From contig OY776510.1 in assembly GCA_963675665.1 (NCBI GenBank), forward strand, positions 4,896,001 to 4,960,000: a stretch of DNA of 64,000 nt, given 5' to 3'. Position numbers and translations under genes: made by a program. Below the pieces are notes generated by a model that saw only the letters and a program-made list of their open reading frames with translations, was not told the origin of the DNA and made no database searches. The DNA comes from Spirochaetia bacterium (lineage in GTDB: Bacteria; Spirochaetota; Spirochaetia; UBA9216). Below are positions 41,349 through 51,387 of the stretch, in pieces (the stretch's first letter is position 1; each line of letters opens with the position of its first letter).

Positions 41349-42704
41349 GTGACGAGTTTTATAATTCTACTGCTTCTTTACGTTGCCGCAGGCACAGGAA
41401 TCGCGATCTATGCAGGACGCAACAGGGGATCCGATAACCAGGAATCTTATTTTATCGGCGGCCGGGGGATAAGCTGGATTGTCAGCGCACTCACCTATGC
41501 AGCAACCACCTACTCTTCGTTTATGATGGTAGGACTGGTAGGGTTATCCTACTCGACAGGAATAGGCGCGATGATCTTTGAAATGACATATCTTGCTTCA
41601 ACGATAGTTCTGCTGTCGATATACGGAAGAAAAATCTGGAAAATGAGCAGGGATGAAAATATGGTTTCGCCGATGGAGCTGTTCTCGTCGCGTTTCGGCA
41701 AAATTACCGGAACTGCCGGCGCGCTCATTTCAGCTGCGGCCCTGATTCCGTACACTGCGGCACAGGTAATCGGCCTGTCCATCATTTTCAGCAATTTCGG
41801 AATCAGCTACGGCACCGGGGTCGTTATTGCCGCTGTTCTTATATGTATCTGGTCTCTTATCGGGGGCCTCAGGGGCGTTGCGCTGACCGATGCCGTGCAG
41901 GGACTTTTCATGATAGCGGTTGCCGTTATCGGCGTGCTCTGGGCCGGAAACAGGTTCGGCGGAATAGAGACATCAACCTTTCCGAACAAGGTCTGGACTC
42001 CCGTGTTCTTTATCAACCTGACCCTTCCGTGGGCTTTTTTCGCACTGACCAACCCCCAGGTTGTACAGCGGCTTTTTATTGTGAAAGACACAAAGGGCCT
42101 CAGAAAGATGATTATCCTGTTTGCCGTTGTCGGCGCGGTTTACACCGCGATTACCTGCCTGTTGGGATTTTCAGCCAAATTCGGCACGCTTAACGGTACT
42201 TTTGCAGAGGTTACCAGCCGCGACAATGTAATTATCGGGATTCTCCAGCTGATGGGCAAAGGACTTGGGCTTGCAATAGCTCTGAGTATAATCTTTGCGA
42301 GCATTTCGACATCGAACTCAATAATCCTGACGCTCTCTTCAATGTTCACCCGCGATGTTGTCCGCGACACCAAAAAGACATGGTACGGCCGGGTTTTTAT
42401 CGTGTTGATAACAATTCTGGTAGCACTTTTCGCATTCAGAAAAACCTCGTATATCGTTGAGCTTTCGGTTTCAACATCGAGGATTCTGATGTGCTTTCTT
42501 CCGCTGTTTTTCGACATCTTTCATTTTAAAAAGGGCGGCCGAACAACAGGGCTTCTTACCCTGCTTGGAGGGGCCGCGGCCGCAATTGTTTTCGGTAAAA
42601 TGGGACTGGCGCTCAGCTCGGTATGGACCCTTGCAGCAGCATTCGTGTTCTATTTCATCGGCGTATTGATTGACAGTAAAACAAGGGTAAAAACCTCAAT
42701 TTAA
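41349..42704 (+). CDS. Sodium:solute symporter family protein (PanF/PutP-like)
   Basis: YFIGGR, ATTYSSF, GGLRGVALTDAVQG, PQVVQR; GTG start at 41349 behind GAGGAG. Confidence 0.88.
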   Translation: MTSFIILLLLYVAAGTGIAIYAGRNRGSDNQESYFIGGRGISWIVSALTYAATTYSSFMMVGLVGLSYSTGIGAMIFEMTYLASTIVLLSIYGRKIWKMSRDENMVSPMELFSSRFGKITGTAGALISAAALIPYTAAQVIGLSIIFSNFGISYGTGVVIAAVLICIWSLIGGLRGVALTDAVQGLFMIAVAVIGVLWAGNRFGGIETSTFPNKVWTPVFFINLTLPWAFFALTNPQVVQRLFIVKDTKGLRKMIILFAVVGAVYTAITCLLGFSAKFGTLNGTFAEVTSRDNVIIGILQLMGKGLGLAIALSIIFASISTSNSIILTLSSMFTRDVVRDTKKTWYGRVFIVLITILVALFAFRKTSYIVELSVSTSRILMCFLPLFFDIFHFKKGGRTTGLLTLLGGAAAAIVFGKMGLALSSVWTLAAAFVFYFIGVLIDSKTRVKTSI

Positions 42705-42719
42705 CGTATCTACTGATCA

Positions 42720-42750
42720 GGGGCAAAGCGGACTTTGCCCCTTCCCCTTT
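42720..42750 (+). terminator. Terminator between convergent symporter and hsdR
   Basis: GGGGCAAAG-CGGA-CTTTGCCCC then pyrimidine tract. Confidence 0.65.
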
Positions 42751-42764
42751 CTCTTCTTTAATGA

Positions 42765-45700
42765 TTAACTAACATCAGCCCTGCTGTTAAATCTGTCTAT
42801 CTCAGCGACAAGGTCTTTTGCTATATCCATATGCCCTGCGAACAGGTCGATGATATTGCCGTATTTATTGAAAGGCTGGCCGTTGAGCAACTCCTTCTCT
42901 ACAAGACCATTCTGGATAATATGTCTGACAATCATCTTTACAAACTCCATCTGGTTCGAGTTTAGAGATTCATTGCTGAGAAATTTTGAAAACTGCTCAT
43001 TGGCAGCTTCAGGTTCGAGACCTACTATCCTGATTACCAGGTCAAGCAGAGGCTGTTCGCCAAAGGCATTCTCATAATCTTCCTTTGAGCCGAGAGTATT
43101 CCAGAGAAGATCTTCGAGGTGTTTGATATCCGGCTGGGTCAGCTTATGGTTATTGCGTAACTTGAATACAACAATGTCGTCAGCATGTTTTTTCAGGTAA
43201 TCATTCACCTTTTTCCGGTAGTCCTTAAACTCGCCAGCGGAATACTCACCTTCATTCTCATGAACCTCCAATACTTCATCCCTGAAGTTTGAGTAATAGG
43301 TTTTCTTCGATTCATATTCTATAAATTTAATAAGTTCACGCAGCGCCCGGCGAACCTCTTCATGGTCCAGGATATCAGCATTCTGCCAATATTCTTCAGT
43401 CTGCACTTTTCGGATTATCTCTTCCCGGGCTTTTACCGCGTTTACCGTACCCTTCCGTGACAGGTGGTCGGCTGTGGAGATAACCCTTGCCCTGGGTTTG
43501 GATGCTATCCTGCCGGTAATCTGGGCATAGATAATCGTGTACATAAGATAGTCAAACCGCTTGGCTAGTTCATCATCATCGGTAGAGGTTATGAGAGGTG
43601 CAATATGAATGCTTAATTCCCTGGTATCTGTATCAGACAGGGTATTCCATCTGTCTCTTTTATTGAAGGTGTTTATATATTTCAGCCTGGTCTTTGCATT
43701 AAACCGGGAATGATCAATTCTGTTTACTGAGCCCCACAAATCATCAGCAAGACTTTTATGGTAGGCAATATAGTCATCGGTCTGGTAATCAAGAGTTTGA
43801 AGCTCTTTGATGATATCTGTCCTGATACAGAAAAGATTCTCGGTCAGCGACCGCGCCATTGATGCTTCTTTACCGTGTTTGTTCTCCCTGAAAAACTCGA
43901 AGTTTGAACAGTAGTCGAAGATTCGAAAACCGTCCTTATCAAGACCTACTCCGAATAAGTCGGGGCAAAGCCGTGTGCCGCGACCGATCATCTGGTGAAA
44001 CTTGGCCTTGGAGCGAACCTTCTTAAAGAAGACAAGATTCACTATCTCGGGGACATCTACCCCGGTATCGAGCATATCAACTGAGACAGCAATCTGCGGA
44101 AATTTATCTTTGGTTGTAAAATCCTCATAGACCCGGTCTACATACTTGATATCGGTATAGATGGGTTTGGCAAACAGGTCCCTGTATTCCGGGTACTTGA
44201 TATTGAAGCGTTTGATAATAAACTCGGCGTGTTTCTTGTTCTTGGCAAAGACGATAGTCTTCCCCAGTTTATCACCGCCTTCTATCTTGATTCCCCTTTC
44301 CATCAGATCATCTATTACCAGATCAACGGTATCATTATTAAACAGAAATGAGTTAATCTCTTCACCGCTTATATCGGTAACGTCATCGTCAAAGGTTTCC
44401 TCAAAGAGCTCCTTCTCTTCATCGCTCAGATCTTCATAATGAAGCCCTTCCTCGGGGAGCTTAAGACGTGTTTCAATTGTGTGATACGGGACCAGGAAGC
44501 CTTCCTCTATAGCCTCGCCAAGCTCATAAGCAAAGGTGGGCACATTGTTTTCAAGGTCAAAAACTGTATAGGTATTTTTATCAATATCGTTCTTCGGGGT
44601 AGCTGTAAGCCCCACAAGAGAAGAATCAAAATAGTCAAAGATAGCCTGGTATTTCTTATAGATACTTCGGTGAGATTCATCAACGATAATCAGATCAAAA
44701 TGGCCGACAGTAAACAGGCGCGAACCGTCTTTGCGTTTCGTTTCGTCTATGGCGTTCATCATTGTCGGATAGGTGGAGAAGATCATCTTGCTTTCCGGCG
44801 AATCTTTCTCATCAAGGAGGTTGCAGAGTGAGAGATTGGGCAGCAGATTGCTGAAGTTTACTTTTGCCTGCTTTACCAGCTCACGGCGATCAGCGAGGAA
44901 TAGTATGTTCTTTACCCAACCCTGACGCAGCAGAACGTCGACGAGAGAGATAGCTGTACGGGTTTTTCCGGAACCGGTAGCCATAACCAGCAGGGCTTTC
45001 CGGTGGCCTTTCTCAAATGTATCGCACACGGCCTGGATGGCCATCTTTTGGTATGCGCGGTTTGTAACAGCATCGTTTATCGAAATGCTTTTCAGGCTCT
45101 TACGGTTTGTTCGCCTGTAATGTGTCCACTGGAGATCTTCTTTTGTATAGATACCCGAGACCCGGCGCTCAGGGTAACTCTGATCATCCCACAGGAAGTA
45201 TTCAAAACCGTTTGTATAGAAGATGACCGGCCGCCGGCCGTACCTCTTTTCAAGGCAGTCTGCATAGAACCGTGCCTGCTCTTTTCCGACATGAGGGTCG
45301 GCACTTGTCTTTTTTGCCTCTACAAGGGCAAGAGGCTTTCCATCATCTCCGTAGAGAACGTAATCGACAAAACCAAGCCCGGTATCGTTAGGCATACCGC
45401 TGACTTCTTCCTCAATAATACAGGCCGAACCTATAGTCCATCCTGATGTTTCGAGTTCCAGGTCGATAAACATCCTGCGGGTCTCAAACTCGCTGATTTC
45501 TTCAACATCGAAAACCCTGCCCTGCTCATTATCCTCGCGTTTTGCAGTAAGTTGTTTTCGAAGCTCTTCGTTTTCTTTTCGTATCTCTTCAAGCTTGCGG
45601 TCTTTTGAACCAAGCTCTTCGTTTAGTTCAAGAAGCTGCCGGCGGGTGCGTTTTTCCTGAATACCGTCCGGCAGTATTGTTTCATTAAAGGGCGTGTCGG

Positions 45701-46088
45701 TACAGGAATCGGAATAACAGTAATCTATCCAGGAGGTAAAATCATGCAGGCATTTAAGTGAATAGACAGCCTGCTCCTTTTTAACAGGAGATGTTGTATG
45801 AACGGCCTTATTTCCAAGGTCCTTGATGTATTTAAGCCCACGGAACAGGCGCATATCGATCAGGTCGCGGAATGAGTAATCATGAATAAGGCTTGAAAGG
45901 TTGTCCTGGTACGGAAGCTTGAGCTCATTATCATAGCTGTAAAGCCATTTAACGGCAAGCTCCAAAGCGCGCCTGGCAAGAATAGCGGTTGAGGCATAGG
46001 AAAATGCAAAACTCTTTTCCGCTTCAATACAAGCGCCGGTAAAACTGTTGTAATAGTCATGCTTGTTTAAATAATTAAAATTTCCCAT
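42765..46088 (-). CDS. hsdR: Type I restriction endonuclease subunit R (EcoEI/EcoAI-like)
   Basis: VDYVL...VEAKK nuclease, MATGSGKT, DESH, LTATP, QMIGRGTR. Confidence 0.93.
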   Translation of the reverse strand: MGNFNYLNKHDYYNSFTGACIEAEKSFAFSYASTAILARRALELAVKWLYSYDNELKLPYQDNLSSLIHDYSFRDLIDMRLFRGLKYIKDLGNKAVHTTSPVKKEQAVYSLKCLHDFTSWIDYCYSDSCTDTPFNETILPDGIQEKRTRRQLLELNEELGSKDRKLEEIRKENEELRKQLTAKREDNEQGRVFDVEEISEFETRRMFIDLELETSGWTIGSACIIEEEVSGMPNDTGLGFVDYVLYGDDGKPLALVEAKKTSADPHVGKEQARFYADCLEKRYGRRPVIFYTNGFEYFLWDDQSYPERRVSGIYTKEDLQWTHYRRTNRKSLKSISINDAVTNRAYQKMAIQAVCDTFEKGHRKALLVMATGSGKTRTAISLVDVLLRQGWVKNILFLADRRELVKQAKVNFSNLLPNLSLCNLLDEKDSPESKMIFSTYPTMMNAIDETKRKDGSRLFTVGHFDLIIVDESHRSIYKKYQAIFDYFDSSLVGLTATPKNDIDKNTYTVFDLENNVPTFAYELGEAIEEGFLVPYHTIETRLKLPEEGLHYEDLSDEEKELFEETFDDDVTDISGEEINSFLFNNDTVDLVIDDLMERGIKIEGGDKLGKTIVFAKNKKHAEFIIKRFNIKYPEYRDLFAKPIYTDIKYVDRVYEDFTTKDKFPQIAVSVDMLDTGVDVPEIVNLVFFKKVRSKAKFHQMIGRGTRLCPDLFGVGLDKDGFRIFDYCSNFEFFRENKHGKEASMARSLTENLFCIRTDIIKELQTLDYQTDDYIAYHKSLADDLWGSVNRIDHSRFNAKTRLKYINTFNKRDRWNTLSDTDTRELSIHIAPLITSTDDDELAKRFDYLMYTIIYAQITGRIASKPRARVISTADHLSRKGTVNAVKAREEIIRKVQTEEYWQNADILDHEEVRRALRELIKFIEYESKKTYYSNFRDEVLEVHENEGEYSAGEFKDYRKKVNDYLKKHADDIVVFKLRNNHKLTQPDIKHLEDLLWNTLGSKEDYENAFGEQPLLDLVIRIVGLEPEAANEQFSKFLSNESLNSNQMEFVKMIVRHIIQNGLVEKELLNGQPFNKYGNIIDLFAGHMDIAKDLVAEIDRFNSRADVS

Positions 46089-46293
46089 TTATTAATTCAA
46101 ATCCTTTCTCAGTAAGCCGATATTTCTGTGTCGGGCTATTCGGAGAATTCGGCTCGGTACGTTCTATAATACCTTCCTCCAAAGCCGGACGAATATAGTT
46201 TTTCTCAAAATTATCACGCCCTTTAAGATTCAACGCATCCATCATCTCTTTTCGAGACATATCGTTAACCATTAGAAGTCTAATCACTTGAGC

Positions 46294-46384
46294 TACTTGC
46301 CCTGTTACTTGCCCTGTTACTTGCCCTGTTACTTGTCCTGTTACTTGCCCTGTTACTTGTCCTGTTACTTGTCCTGACTTGTCC
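46294..46384. repeat. 12-bp tandem repeat (CCTGTTACTTGY, ~7 units, encodes TGQV)
   Basis: Visible directly; one unit is shortened to 10 bp. Confidence 0.9.
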
Positions 46385-46390
46385 CCCCGA

Positions 46391-46468
46391 GTCGGTACCG
46401 GGTCGGTACCGGGTCGGTACCGGGTCGATAACTGGGTCGGTATTGGGTCGGTACTGGATCGACTCCGG
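46391..46468. repeat. 11-bp tandem repeat (GTCGGTACCGG, 7 units, 3 perfect)
   Basis: Visible directly; one unit is 12 bp. Confidence 0.9.
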
Positions 46469-46968
46469 TTATCATATAGTCACGGTGAAGAACCGCGTTT
46501 ACTATTGATTCACACACAGCCTCTTCAGGAACCTCGGGGATATCTTTACACTGCACGTCCTTGATTTCATAACGCAAACGGGTATTTCGCATGATAAAAA
46601 GAACGGCATTATCAAGAGTACAGCCGGTAATCTTACCATCATCGCTGACACCGAGAAAAACAGTTCCGCCTGATGCGTTGGCAAAGGCGCACATCTTTTT
46701 TGTCAAAGAGCTTGAAAGCCTCTCCTTAAACTCAGTGCGATAGCCCTCGCCATTCTTCAGAATAAAATCCAGTTCTTCCGGGGTCATTAGTCCCTGTTTT
46801 TCCCTTTTTACAATTTACATTAGGGTAAATCTCTAAAAACTGCAGTTTTTATTGATTCCCATTATAGTTTATCGGTCAGTGTAGAAAATTGAAAGCATTT
46901 TATTAAAGGGATGCTGACAGCCCTGAAAACCAAATATAAAACAACATTTTTCATGAAAACGATTATCC

Positions 46969-48084
46969 CTATTCCGGGAAGAGCTCTCCCCGGAAGGCGC
47001 GCTGCATGAGACTGTTGTAGTTATCTTTCATCTGCTGAAGTGACTCCTGCATAAGGGCTTTTTGCGCTTCTATCTTCTGCACTTTTTCAGCAAACTCGTT
47101 TTGAAGAGAGATAGGTATTTTATAAACCTCCTCTTTATGAATTATGTTCCTGTTCAGGGTGGGTACACCTGTACCATTATAAAATCTGGCTAATTTAAAA
47201 AAACTCAGTAAATAAGCTATGTAGACAATATTATTTCCATATAAATCTTTTGAAAAAAGAGTCGTATTTAAAGGCCAATATGATTCAAATGTATATTCTA
47301 CTAAACCAATTGTCCCTGAACGTCCTGTAATAACTCCCCCATTTAAAACTTTTGCTTCATTATGCTTACCAAGAATCCCATTGGAACCATAAACATTTAT
47401 ATTACCATTCTGATTTCTACAATCAACTGGAAGATCATGCCCTCTTTGTAAGAATACGACTTCCTCTAACCTGGTTGTCTCCCACCCCTTCGGATTGGTC
47501 ACCGGGTCTCCGAACATATCGTAGAAAACGCTCTGCACCAGGTCGTCCAGCAGTTTCAGCTGCTGCTCGCGAAAATCGATCAGTTCCTGTGCCTTGTCCA
47601 GGACCTGGACGATTTCCTTCTGGATGGGGAGAGGGGGGATAGGGATTTGAAGCTCTTTCAAACTTGATACATTAAAACTTGCTTGATTTACTGATTTTTT
47701 TGTTATTCGAGGAATTTGAAATTTAAAAAAATCACTGCAGAAATAGTAATATGCAAATCTGCCTAAAATTTTCCCTCTTGAAGGTCTTAGGTTTAATAAA
47801 TTCATTCCATGAATCAGAGGTTCTTCTGAGTCATAAATAGCTACCTTGCCTAAATGCTTTTCGCTATTAATATGTGACATCAAAATATCATCTTTTTTTA
47901 ATAAGAAATCTTTATATTCGTCTATGTTTGTAATACCTGCGTATCCGAACCTTTCTTTATCAATATATCCATCTGCGATAGTTTCAATTCGAGTTATTGG
48001 AAATCCTTCGTCACCGTTTTGTTGAATACTTTTCCCATTCCGAATTAAATCAAAAGTATCGCCAATACTTGAAATAATCATCAC
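46969..48084 (-). CDS. hsdS: Type I R-M specificity subunit
   Basis: Two TRDs, IPIPPLPIQKEIV, MFGDPVTNPKGW, SLMQRAFRGEL. Confidence 0.92.
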   Translation of the reverse strand: MMIISSIGDTFDLIRNGKSIQQNGDEGFPITRIETIADGYIDKERFGYAGITNIDEYKDFLLKKDDILMSHINSEKHLGKVAIYDSEEPLIHGMNLLNLRPSRGKILGRFAYYYFCSDFFKFQIPRITKKSVNQASFNVSSLKELQIPIPPLPIQKEIVQVLDKAQELIDFREQQLKLLDDLVQSVFYDMFGDPVTNPKGWETTRLEEVVFLQRGHDLPVDCRNQNGNINVYGSNGILGKHNEAKVLNGGVITGRSGTIGLVEYTFESYWPLNTTLFSKDLYGNNIVYIAYLLSFFKLARFYNGTGVPTLNRNIIHKEEVYKIPISLQNEFAEKVQKIEAQKALMQESLQQMKDNYNSLMQRAFRGELFPE

Positions 48085-48223
48085 AGAATCACCTGCTTCA
48101 GTTCTGTCAATGAATCGCCTATCTTCCTGCGCCCCACCTTACAGGCATTATGTGTAATTTCATTATAAATATCTGCCAATATTTTCACCTTGATTTCTTC
48201 CCAAATTTGTAATATATTTTCTT

Positions 48224-48286
48224 TAGCGGTTGCCAGCGAATCGTCTTGGTACGGTTCCACAAGAATTGGGCAATCGCTATTTTTTT
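48224..48286 (-). ncRNA. Putative DUF3800-associated structured RNA starting at the stop codon
   Basis: A7, then TAGCGATTGCC...GGCAACCGCTA (10/11 bp) enclosing an inner hairpin TCTT-GTG-GAACCG-TAC-C-AAGA. Confidence 0.55.
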
Positions 48287-49044
48287 GTCTCTGCACTTAC
48301 CCACTCCAATATTTTACCGCCTTTAACATATCTATCAATATTTGTTGCAATACTCTCAATCAACGGGAATGTCTGCCTATGAATGGAACTTACATTTTTA
48401 CCAAGTTTTGCTTCTTCCATTTTTCGGATGTAGTAAAGAACCAAATCAACAAGCTGTACTGCATAACTCTTTTTGGATTCAATAAAAAAACCTTTTTCGA
48501 TTATGTTATCCAATTTCATATGCAAATCTTCAGTCAAACGCAGTGTTTTGAGTGATTTCTCTATATCAAGGTGACTTTTACTGTCATCAAATATGAATAT
48601 TCCTAATTCTTTATTCTCACTAAGCCAGTCATCAACTTTTAAGCTGATGAAAGGAAACGCCATAATATATGGATTTATCTTTATGCCGGAACCATAACTT
48701 TGCTCACAAAATTCTGCGTAACGTTTCTTTTCAATCTTCCTGTAAAAAACTGGTATTTTATTCTTTTTTATGAGATTTATAAGATTATCACGTAAGCCTA
48801 TAGTTTCCTTCAGTTCCAGATTTTTAAATGGACCCTTTCTTGCAACCAGATCCATAGTATGAAGTTCAAATTCCTCTTCTTCATATCCCGGCAGGGAAGC
48901 TGTCATAATTTTACGAAACTGCTTTTCAATTGATTTCCACTGTTCCTGAGCAATCAGTATGGCACCTAATACAAAAACCGGCTGTTGAGGATCTGAAAGA
49001 TTCAACCCTGTATCACCTGATTCATCGACATATACCAGAATCAT
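48277..49044 (-). CDS. DUF3800 domain protein
   Basis: YVDESG, FVLG, ELH, FIFDD, S..VQLVD motif pattern. Confidence 0.85.
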   Translation of the reverse strand: MILVYVDESGDTGLNLSDPQQPVFVLGAILIAQEQWKSIEKQFRKIMTASLPGYEEEEFELHTMDLVARKGPFKNLELKETIGLRDNLINLIKKNKIPVFYRKIEKKRYAEFCEQSYGSGIKINPYIMAFPFISLKVDDWLSENKELGIFIFDDSKSHLDIEKSLKTLRLTEDLHMKLDNIIEKGFFIESKKSYAVQLVDLVLYYIRKMEEAKLGKNVSSIHRQTFPLIESIATNIDRYVKGGKILEWVSAETKK

Positions 49045-50495
49045 CTAAGCATCACCTTTAGTTCGTCAATTCCTTTTAATATCTTAGTCTCCAGCTTGCC
49101 CATCTCAGTCATTATCACCTCCGGATCATCATACTCAACCTCGTTATACTCAATTTCCTTATAGCGATTAATAGACAGGTCATAGTCATTGGCAACTATC
49201 TCATCCTTGGGAACAAAGAACGAAGCTTCAGTCCGCTTCCTGCCCTCTTCCTCTTCGGGATTATGAAAACGTGATATGATATCAGGGATATCATTCTGCT
49301 CTATAGGCTGGCGCTTATCATCCAGAGAATAGCCGTCCGCTTTCATGTCATAGAACCAGACCTTATCTGTTCCTCCTGCCCCGGTTTTGATAAAAACCAT
49401 TATTGCAGTTGATACGCCGGCATAGGGTTTGAACACCCCCGAAGGCATTGAGATGATTGCCTGAAGCTGATGATTCTCTACAATCTCTTTACGGATTGCC
49501 TTGTGGGCATTGGAGCTGCCGAAAAGAACACCGTCGGGCACAATCGAGGCAGCCCGGCCGCCCTTTTTAAGTATTCGTAAGAACAGCGCCAGAAACAGCA
49601 GCTCGGTCTTCTTCGTCTTTGTCACCTTTAACAAATCAGCAGATACCGCTTCATAATCAAGCGAACCCTTGAACGGCGGATTAGCCAGCACCAGGGTGAA
49701 ACGCTCATCATCGGTATTCATCTGCGACAGCGAATCACGGTACTCGATATTCGGGTTCTCTACCCCGTGGAGCATCATGTTCATTGCCCCGATTCTGAGC
49801 ATGGTAGTGTCCATGTCATAACCGTGAAACATCCCGCTGCCGTAATGATCTTTGAGCTCCTGGATGGTCATAAGATCTTCATTGTTATCAAGGATGTATT
49901 CACCGGCTGTAACAAGAAAGCCCGCAGAACCCGCTGCCGGGTCAATTATCGTATCAGACGGGGTCGGTTGCATCAGCTCTACCATCATTTTAATGATATG
50001 ACGAGGGGTCCTGAACTGGCCGTTTGTACCGGATGTTGCGACCTTGGATAGCAGATATTCGTAGAGATCTCCCTTGGTATCCCTGTCTTTCAGAGGGAGT
50101 GTATCAACATTGGTAACAACCTTCTCAAGCATCTGGGGTGTGGGAATCATAAAGATGGCGTCTTTCATGTACTTGGAATAAGCCGAGTCCTTATCTCCGT
50201 GCATATCCTTAATGAAAGGGAAAACCTGCTTCTGAACCGTATCGAACATCGCGGCAGCATCCTTCTGCTTGAAGTTCTTCCAGCGGAGTTCGGGCTGATT
50301 ATCGGGAAAGATCTTTGTAAAGGATGTGCCCAACAACGAGGCGTTTGCCTCAAGATCGTTCTGCCTGTCATCCAGGCTTTTTATGAATATAAGATAGGTG
50401 ATCTGTTCAATGACCGACAGCGGGTTTGTTATCCCCCCGGTCCAGAAGATCTCCCATATCCTGTCTACTTTGTTGCGTACTTCGCCGGTTATCAT
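49041..50495 (-). CDS. hsdM: Type I R-M N6-adenine methyltransferase subunit
   Basis: GQFRTPRH, DPAAGSAGFL, ANPPF, VPDGVLFG. Confidence 0.95.
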   Translation of the reverse strand: MITGEVRNKVDRIWEIFWTGGITNPLSVIEQITYLIFIKSLDDRQNDLEANASLLGTSFTKIFPDNQPELRWKNFKQKDAAAMFDTVQKQVFPFIKDMHGDKDSAYSKYMKDAIFMIPTPQMLEKVVTNVDTLPLKDRDTKGDLYEYLLSKVATSGTNGQFRTPRHIIKMMVELMQPTPSDTIIDPAAGSAGFLVTAGEYILDNNEDLMTIQELKDHYGSGMFHGYDMDTTMLRIGAMNMMLHGVENPNIEYRDSLSQMNTDDERFTLVLANPPFKGSLDYEAVSADLLKVTKTKKTELLFLALFLRILKKGGRAASIVPDGVLFGSSNAHKAIRKEIVENHQLQAIISMPSGVFKPYAGVSTAIMVFIKTGAGGTDKVWFYDMKADGYSLDDKRQPIEQNDIPDIISRFHNPEEEEGRKRTEASFFVPKDEIVANDYDLSINRYKEIEYNEVEYDDPEVIMTEMGKLETKILKGIDELKVMLR

Positions 50496-50829
50496 GATTG
50501 CTCCAGTATTTTATGATTGGTTTATCATAAATCCAAACAGGAAATGGAACAAGAGGATTTTTATGACCCTCTCATCCTGTCCCCAGCTCATTATGCACAC
50601 TTATAAAACTTCCGACGATTTTATTTGATAATTCTTCATACAACAGCATGTTTTGCCTCCTGTTTTTATTAAAAACCCGGGAGGACAGCAAGATGAAAAG
50701 AGCAGCCAAGGATTGTACGGATTAGAACAGATAACAAACAGCATCCGTGAACCGCTTCTCCGCTATACCGTGGCCATTAATATCTTAAAAGGTATTGAGC
50801 AACCCGCTGCATGAATGTATCCTTAAACC

Positions 50830-51387
50830 ATGCAGAAAGAGCTGTTTGATGAAACACCGGGATCACCCGTGATTGAACCCGGGGAATCATATTACAACGA
50901 AGATTTTTCGGGAATTGATTTCTCCGACGCAGACTTCTCAAATGCCGATTTTGAAAACTGCAGATTTACAGACTGCAACCTGTCAAATATAAACGTAAGC
51001 GGAACAAAATTCAGCGAAGTCAGCTTCATCAATTCAAAACTGACGGGAATACCCTTTTACCAGTCAAACCCCTTTGCCATAGAGGTCTCATTCATTAAGA
51101 GCCGGCTGTTCAGCTGTAATTTTACCGAAATGAAACTCAAAGACACCGTGTTTAAAAGCTGTGAAATAACGGAATGCTGGTTTCAGGAAACCGACCTGTC
51201 CGGCTCCGACTTCTCAGGCTCAAAATTCAGAAATACACTTTTTCATAACAGCCGCCTGGAAAGGTGCAATTTCACCGAAGCAGAAGGATATACGATTAAC
51301 CCCGTAAACAACAATATCAGAAAAGCAGTTTTCTCAATTCCTGAAGTGCTTAACCTGCTTAATGACTTTGATATTAAAATCGAATAA
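50830..51387 (+). CDS. Pentapeptide repeat protein
   Basis: Repeating (A/C/T)xFxx pentapeptides such as IDFSD ADFSN ADFEN CRFTD. Confidence 0.85.
   Translation: MQKELFDETPGSPVIEPGESYYNEDFSGIDFSDADFSNADFENCRFTDCNLSNINVSGTKFSEVSFINSKLTGIPFYQSNPFAIEVSFIKSRLFSCNFTEMKLKDTVFKSCEITECWFQETDLSGSDFSGSKFRNTLFHNSRLERCNFTEAEGYTINPVNNNIRKAVFSIPEVLNLLNDFDIKIE

Larger units (their letters stand above)
46075..46787 (-). pseudogene. Decayed AlbA_2/Schlafen-HATPase-wHTH ('RecG-like') gene with internal deletions, frameshift and VNTRs
   Basis: GEGYRTEFKE and CAFANASGG.VFLGVSDDG (AlbA_2), ESIVNAVLHRDY, and a C-terminal wHTH (PNSPTQKYRLT) in a different frame. Confidence 0.78.

Noticed and set aside
46294-46468. 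Possible CRISPR array or iterons
   Set aside because: Contiguous 11- and 12-bp units without spacers, lying in the low-complexity linker of a coding remnant.
48081-48296. 71-aa ORF between DUF3800 and hsdS
   Set aside because: No recognisable motif, and it overlaps the putative RNA structure. Not called, although its stop overlaps the hsdS start.
50496-50829. Small hairpins and a GGGAGG-led 10-codon ORF upstream of hsdM
   Set aside because: Possibly a gene remnant at the R-M island edge, but too little signal to call.
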